The notes beneath the pieces are model-generated. The model saw only the letters and a list, made by a program, of their open reading frames with translations. It did not search any database and was not told the origin of the DNA. Below are positions 6,728-10,872 of a stretch of 10,872 nucleotides of DNA, piece after piece. Position numbers and translations under genes: made by a program. Numbering within the stretch: position 1 is the stretch's first letter; each line of letters opens with the position of its first letter. Source of the DNA: Candidatus Oleincola secundus (GTDB taxonomy: Bacteria; Atribacterota; Phoenicimicrobiia; Phoenicimicrobiales; Stramentimicrobiaceae). The stretch covers positions 1 through 10,872 of the forward strand of contig JAGYLS010000059.1 in assembly GCA_018400815.1 (NCBI GenBank). The letters are read 5' to 3'.

Positions 6728-8610
6728 TTGCTTCCTTTTTCTCTATTCCTTTTAATCTTTTCCAAATGAATCATCAAAGCCGTAACATCAGAGGGAGTAA
6801 CGCCCGGGATTCTTTTTGCTTGGCCCAGGGACACAGGTTTAATTTCGCTAAATCTTTCTATTCCTTCATGTGAAATTCCATACAATTGAGAGTAATCAAT
6901 ATCGGTTGGTATTCTGTAGTTTTCGGTCTTTTTAAATCTCCTCACTTCTTCTTCCTGACGCTTAATGTACCCGGAATATTTGATTTGTATTTCTACCTGA
7001 TTAATAACTTCTCTATCCAGCTTTGGCCTTTCCGGATCCAGACTCGCAGTATCAGCGTAACTTAATTGAGGACGTGTAAGTAAATCTGCCATACTAACAG
7101 GTTTTTGCAGAGGAGAGGTGTTTAATATTTTGAATTTTTGATTTGTTTTCTCATCAGGATATATTTTTAAATTATGAAGACGATTAATCTCTTTTTCAAT
7201 TGCTTCTTTCTTTTGCAGGAATTTTTGATATCTTTCTTCAGATATTAGACCATATTGATATCCATAAGATGTCAATCTCAAATCAGCATTATCCTGGCGA
7301 AGCAATAGTCGATATTCTGCTAAACCGGTTCTTAATCGATATGGTTCAGTGATGCTTTTTGTTACCAAATCATCTATTTCTACTGCAATATAAGCCTGAG
7401 AACGATCCAGTATAAAAGGTTCCTTATTGTCCAGTAATTGAACTGCATTGATTCCGGCAATAAGACCCTGTTCGGCAGCTTCTTCATAGCCCGATGTACC
7501 ATTAATTTGTCCTGCCAGGAACAATCCTTTAATTTTTTTGGTTTCCAAAGAGTATTTGAGTTGATGAGGAAATATCACATCATATTCAATAGCATAACCA
7601 TAACGAATAATATGGCATTTTTCTAAACCATTAATTGTATGCAAGGCTTCCAGTTGGGCCGAAGGAGGAAGACTGGTAAAGAAACCCTGTAGATAAATTT
7701 CCTCAGTTAATTCACTTTCCGGCTCAAGAAATAATTGATGAGATTTATGGTGAGGAAAGCGAACAATTTTATCTTCAATAGAAGGACAATAACGGGTTGC
7801 TGTACTCTGAATAGTACCATTGACCAGGGGTACCTGGTTAATGTTGGATTGTATTACTTCTTTTGTCTTCGCATTTGTACGGGTTATATATACGGTATGT
7901 TTATGATAAATTTTCTTTTCCGATTCATATGAAAAAGCAAGAGGTTCAATTGCGCTTTTCTGTTCGGTTAAATTAGAAAAGTCGATACTTCTTCTGTCTA
8001 TACGGGGTGGTGTGCAGGTATTAAGGCGAGTAGCGCTAAATCCCAGCGATTTTAACTGATTGCCTAAGTCGATAGAGGCGATTTCTCCGGCTCTTCCGGC
8101 ACTGTAATTGATTTTTCCAATATAAATCTTCCCATTTAAGAATGTCCCCGCTGTGATAATAACAGTTGGAGAATGAAACTCTTTGCCGCTTTGAACTGTC
8201 ACACCATAAATCTGATTATTTTTAATCAGTAAACCGGTAACCATTTCCTGAAGGAGAAATAAGTTGAGTTGATTTTGAATGCTTTTAATCATTTCTTCTT
8301 TATATTTATTTTTATCAACCTGGGCTCTCAATGCCCACATAGCCGGCCCTTTGCTGGTATTTAGCATGCGAATATGTATGGTGGATCGATCGGCTATCTT
8401 TGCCAATTCACCACCCAAAGCATCGATTTCTCTGGCTACATGACCTTTCCCCGGACCACCAATGGAAGGATTGCAGGGTAATAAAGCAATATTATCCACA
8501 TTAGAGGTAATCAGCAATGTTTTCACACCGTGTCGGGAAGAGGCAAGTGCAGCTTCGCATCCGGCATGGCCGGCACCGATTACTATTACATCATACTGAA
8601 AATTATTCAT
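6721..8610 (-). CDS. mnmG: tRNA uridine-5-carboxymethylaminomethyl(34) synthesis enzyme MnmG (GidA)
   Basis: 629 aa with the FAD-binding VIGAGHAGCEAA, PCNPSIGG, LNTSKGPAMWALRAQVD, RYCPSIEDK, GYAIEYD, AGQINGTSGYEEAA, IDDLVTK and a C-terminal KYSGY. SD AAGGA at 8620-8616. Confidence 0.97.
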   Translation of the reverse strand: MNNFQYDVIVIGAGHAGCEAALASSRHGVKTLLITSNVDNIALLPCNPSIGGPGKGHVAREIDALGGELAKIADRSTIHIRMLNTSKGPAMWALRAQVDKNKYKEEMIKSIQNQLNLFLLQEMVTGLLIKNNQIYGVTVQSGKEFHSPTVIITAGTFLNGKIYIGKINYSAGRAGEIASIDLGNQLKSLGFSATRLNTCTPPRIDRRSIDFSNLTEQKSAIEPLAFSYESEKKIYHKHTVYITRTNAKTKEVIQSNINQVPLVNGTIQSTATRYCPSIEDKIVRFPHHKSHQLFLEPESELTEEIYLQGFFTSLPPSAQLEALHTINGLEKCHIIRYGYAIEYDVIFPHQLKYSLETKKIKGLFLAGQINGTSGYEEAAEQGLIAGINAVQLLDNKEPFILDRSQAYIAVEIDDLVTKSITEPYRLRTGLAEYRLLLRQDNADLRLTSYGYQYGLISEERYQKFLQKKEAIEKEINRLHNLKIYPDEKTNQKFKILNTSPLQKPVSMADLLTRPQLSYADTASLDPERPKLDREVINQVEIQIKYSGYIKRQEEEVRRFKKTENYRIPTDIDYSQLYGISHEGIERFSEIKPVSLGQAKRIPGVTPSDVTALMIHLEKIKRNREKGSNQ

Positions 8611-8662
8611 CCCAATCCTTCTCGTTTATATTTGTTGCTACTACAATTAAAAAAGATAGCAC

Positions 8663-8692
8663 ATTCTAAAATATTTTGCATATTTTTGTCAA
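8663..8692 (-). promoter_or_regulatory. Sigma70/SigA-type promoter for mnmG
   Basis: Minus strand TTGACA (8692-8687), 18-nt spacer, TAGAAT (8668-8663). Confidence 0.65.
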
Positions 8693-8719
8693 GTTATTAC
8701 ATTATAATTTTTTTAATTC

Positions 8720-8748
8720 TTGCCTGTAAAAAAAGATTATGTTATACT
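8720..8748 (+). promoter_or_regulatory. Promoter for tRNA-Ser (-35 plus extended -10)
   Basis: TTGCCT (8720-8725), 17-nt spacer, TATACT (8743-8748), with the TG extension at 8740-8741. Confidence 0.7.
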
Positions 8749-8754
8749 TTAAAC

Positions 8755-8849
8755 GGAGAGATGACCGAGAGGCCGAAGGTGGTTGCCTGCTAAGCAATTG
8801 AGCGGATTTTAAGTCTGCTCCGAGGGTTCGAATCCCTCTCTCTCCGCCA
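8755..8849 (+). tRNA. tRNA-Ser (anticodon GCT)
   Basis: Acceptor stem GGAGAGA/TCTCTCC, anticodon arm GTTGC-CTGCTAA-GCAAT (GCT at 8789-8791), long variable arm GAGCGGAT/GTCTGCTC, T arm GAGGG-TTCGAAT-CCCTC, discriminator G8846 and encoded CCA at 8847-8849. Confidence 0.98.
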
Positions 8850-8894
8850 TTTTTTTATTTACCCTCATTTCTATATTCACTAGAGGAGGTTATA

Positions 8895-9410
8895 ATGACT
8901 TCCAGTTCGAATCAAAACCTTTTACCTTATATTAATATTCGGAATAATTTTCAGTATGGCGATATGGGAAAAGTATTGTTATTGCATGGTCAGGTTTATT
9001 ACCAGGAATATGGATTTAATCATGAGTTCGAGGCCTATGTTGCCGAAGGGCTGGCAGAATTTGCTAATAAGTATAAACCAGGGAAAAGCTGTATCTGGAT
9101 TGCGGAGAATAAAGGCGTTGCTATTGGTTCAATTGCTATTTTAGAAAGGGAAAACAACCAGGCTCAGTTACGGTGGTTTGTAGTGCATCCGGGTTACCGT
9201 GGAATAGGATTGGGAAAAAGCTTATTCGGGAAGGTGCTGGGATTTTGTCAGGCTGCAGGTTATGAAAAAATATTTTTATGGACATTGGACAACCTTGCTG
9301 CAGCAAGAACAATTTATGAAGCAAATGGTTTTAAAGGGGTAGAGAAAAAAAAGAATTATCTTTGGGGTCACCATTTGGTTGAAGAATATTATGTTTTAAA
9401 TCTTAAGTAA
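8895..9410 (+). CDS. GNAT family N-acetyltransferase
   Basis: 171 aa with SD GGAGG upstream. Acetyl-CoA binding motif A LRWFVVHPGYRGIGLG and motif B LWT...AARTIYEANGF. The N-terminal GDMG...HG..Y..EYGF...FEAYVA resembles the GNAT half of MarR-GNAT fusion proteins. Confidence 0.9.
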   Translation: MTSSSNQNLLPYINIRNNFQYGDMGKVLLLHGQVYYQEYGFNHEFEAYVAEGLAEFANKYKPGKSCIWIAENKGVAIGSIAILERENNQAQLRWFVVHPGYRGIGLGKSLFGKVLGFCQAAGYEKIFLWTLDNLAAARTIYEANGFKGVEKKKNYLWGHHLVEEYYVLNLK

Positions 9411-9452
9411 TAATTATCAATAAAATACAAAATATATAGTAAGGGGGCATTT

Positions 9453-9878
9453 ATGGCTAAAAAATTATACCGTTCACGAAAGGATTCTGTAATTGCCGGT
9501 GTATGCGGCGGAATTGCTGAATATTTTGAAATAGATTCTACCCTGGTACGTCTTCTGGCAATTATTGTTGTTTTTTTGGGTGGTGTAGGTGTAATTGCTT
9601 ATATCATAGCATGGATTATCATACCACAAAATCCTGACCAGCAAGTTGATAGTGATAGAGAACATACACAAGATGAAAAAAATAACATGAGTCAGGAAGA
9701 GGGGAAAAGAGATAATAATAGATACGTTTGGGGTGGCTTAATTCTTATTTTTTTAGGACTATTCTTTTTAATGAGGAGTTTTTTTCCTCGCTTTATCCTG
9801 ATAAGTTTTTGGCCGGTTATCCTGGTATTGGTTGGCATCGTTTTGATAGTTCAGTCACTTTCCAAAAAGAAACAGTAA
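9453..9878 (+). CDS. PspC domain-containing membrane protein (envelope stress) with C-terminal two-TM LiaF/DUF5668-like segment
   Basis: [32 protein letters not shown]...YIIAWIIIP is the PspC motif. A charged linker follows, then [12 protein letters not shown]...[23 protein letters not shown]. Confidence 0.9.
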   Translation: MAKKLYRSRKDSVIAGVCGGIAEYFEIDSTLVRLLAIIVVFLGGVGVIAYIIAWIIIPQNPDQQVDSDREHTQDEKNNMSQEEGKRDNNRYVWGGLILIFLGLFFLMRSFFPRFILISFWPVILVLVGIVLIVQSLSKKKQ

Positions 9879-9976
9879 GGTAAAAATATTTTCTTCACAG
9901 GATAGTTGCCTCATTTATTTAACCATAAAAAACAACCTTCTTTGAAGGTGGTAATGATTCTAATAAGGAGATATTA

Positions 9977-10872
9977 ATGAAATTTCCAGAGTCTAAGACT
10001 AAAATAGTATGCACATTAGGTCCGGTCTCAAACAATAAAAAAATAATTAAAGAATTAGTATTAGCGGGTATGAATGTAGCGCGCTTGAATCTTGCCCACG
10101 ACGAACTCGATTATCATCGGAAAACATTAGAAAATATACGAGAAGTTGAAAAGGAACTGGGAATTTTTCTTACAGTAATGATGGATATTCCCGGTCCTAA
10201 AATTAGAATTGGCAAGATAAAAGATGGCCCTATTCTTTTGAAAAAAGGGCAGACGGTTCGCCTGACAACTAAAAATATCATAGGAGACGAATCCATTATA
10301 CCGGTAGAATATGAGTCCTTATTTAAAAGTATTGAAAAAGGAAGCCTTGTTTATCTGTATGATGGATTTATTCAGATGAGAGTCATAGAAATTCGGGATG
10401 ATGTAGCGTTATGTCAGGTAATGACCGGTGGAAAGCTGGATTCACACAAAGGTCTAAATTTACCCAAAGCCAAAATAACAATTGACCCGATTAGAGAGCA
10501 GGATCTGAAACTTATTTCTTTTGGATTAGAGGAAGGAGTTACGGTTTTTGGCATCTCGTTTGTGGAGAAGGCAGAAGATATTCTAAAAGTAAAGGAATTT
10601 GCCCGCAAAAAGGGTAAAAAAATATTTACAGTGGCAAAAATCGAACGAGAAGAGGCAGTAAAAAACATTGATGAAATAATTAAGGTTACCGATGGCATTA
10701 TGGTAGCCAGGGGCGATTTGGGGGTACAGGTAGATATTGAAGATATTCCGGTAATACAGAAAAAATTGATAGCCAAAGCAAATAGAATGAGCAAACCTGT
10801 AATAACTGCTACCCAGATGCTGGTATCAATGACTGATCATATCAGGCCGACCCGTTCCGAAGTAACTGATGT
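9977..10872 (+). CDS. pyk: Pyruvate kinase (5' portion, runs off the window)
   Basis: SD AAGGAG at 9965-9970 and ATG at 9977. Manual translation gives MKFPESKTKIVCTLGP...GMNVARLN...DIPGPKIRIG...SHKGLNLP...SFVE...AKIE...DGIMVARGDLG...KPVITATQMLVSM...PTRSEVTD, open to the window end. It is missing from the ORF track because there is no stop codon in the window. Confidence 0.97.
   Translation, partial: MKFPESKTKIVCTLGPVSNNKKIIKELVLAGMNVARLNLAHDELDYHRKTLENIREVEKELGIFLTVMMDIPGPKIRIGKIKDGPILLKKGQTVRLTTKNIIGDESIIPVEYESLFKSIEKGSLVYLYDGFIQMRVIEIRDDVALCQVMTGGKLDSHKGLNLPKAKITIDPIREQDLKLISFGLEEGVTVFGISFVEKAEDILKVKEFARKKGKKIFTVAKIEREEAVKNIDEIIKVTDGIMVARGDLGVQVDIEDIPVIQKKLIAKANRMSKPVITATQMLVSMTDHIRPTRSEVTD

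Noticed and set aside
8530..8793. 87-aa + strand ORF
   Set aside because: It overlaps the mnmG start antisense, both promoters and the tRNA, and has no recognisable motif.
8755..8849. tRNA-Sec or suppressor tRNA suggested by the long variable arm
   Set aside because: Anticodon GCT, a 7-bp acceptor stem and G discriminator are normal for tRNA-Ser.
9935..9949. Hairpin ACCTTC-TTT-GAAGGT as an intrinsic terminator before pyk
   Set aside because: Only a 6-bp stem with no U-tract on the + strand. Too weak to call.
1280..10794. Remaining short ORFs in the track (1280-1486, 3165-3395, 3785-4000, 4085-4270, 4301-4507, 5536-5718, 6433-6627, 7438-7626, 7735-7932, 8956-9144, 9136-9324, 9474-9671, 10114-10296, 10414-10794)
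   Set aside because: All lie antisense or out of frame within well-supported genes and show no recognisable domains. They are shadow ORFs.

Overview
AT-rich bacterial chromosomal window made mostly of housekeeping and cell-envelope genes. In order: a secreted TPR-repeat lytic transglycosylase (7-2301,+); a 61-aa excisionase-like HTH protein with its own near-consensus promoter (2475-2660,+), followed by a perfect (TTGAAAGA)x4 repeat; a secreted 7xLysM-M23 peptidase (2990-4927,+); a CarD-family regulator (~5210-5692,+); folD, broken at five homopolymer sites (5855-6727,+, probably sequencing error); convergent mnmG (8610-6721,-); a divergent tRNA-Ser(GCT) (8755-8849,+); a GNAT acetyltransferase; a PspC-domain membrane protein; and the 5' part of pyruvate kinase (9977->10872, absent from the ORF track). 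I found no integrase, transposase, CRISPR array or clear novel multi-gene system. The best leads are: (1) an orphan Xis/BldC-like regulator with direct repeats between two peptidoglycan hydrolases; (2) a tRNA whose promoter predicts a leaderless transcript; (3) substitutions at normally conserved residues in FolD (YxxxK Lys->Ile), MnmG (LKTGT->LNTCT, TSR->TGL) and CarD (Trp->Tyr); (4) a K+-independent, archaeal-looking pyruvate kinase. All family assignments come from motif recognition by eye, not database searches.
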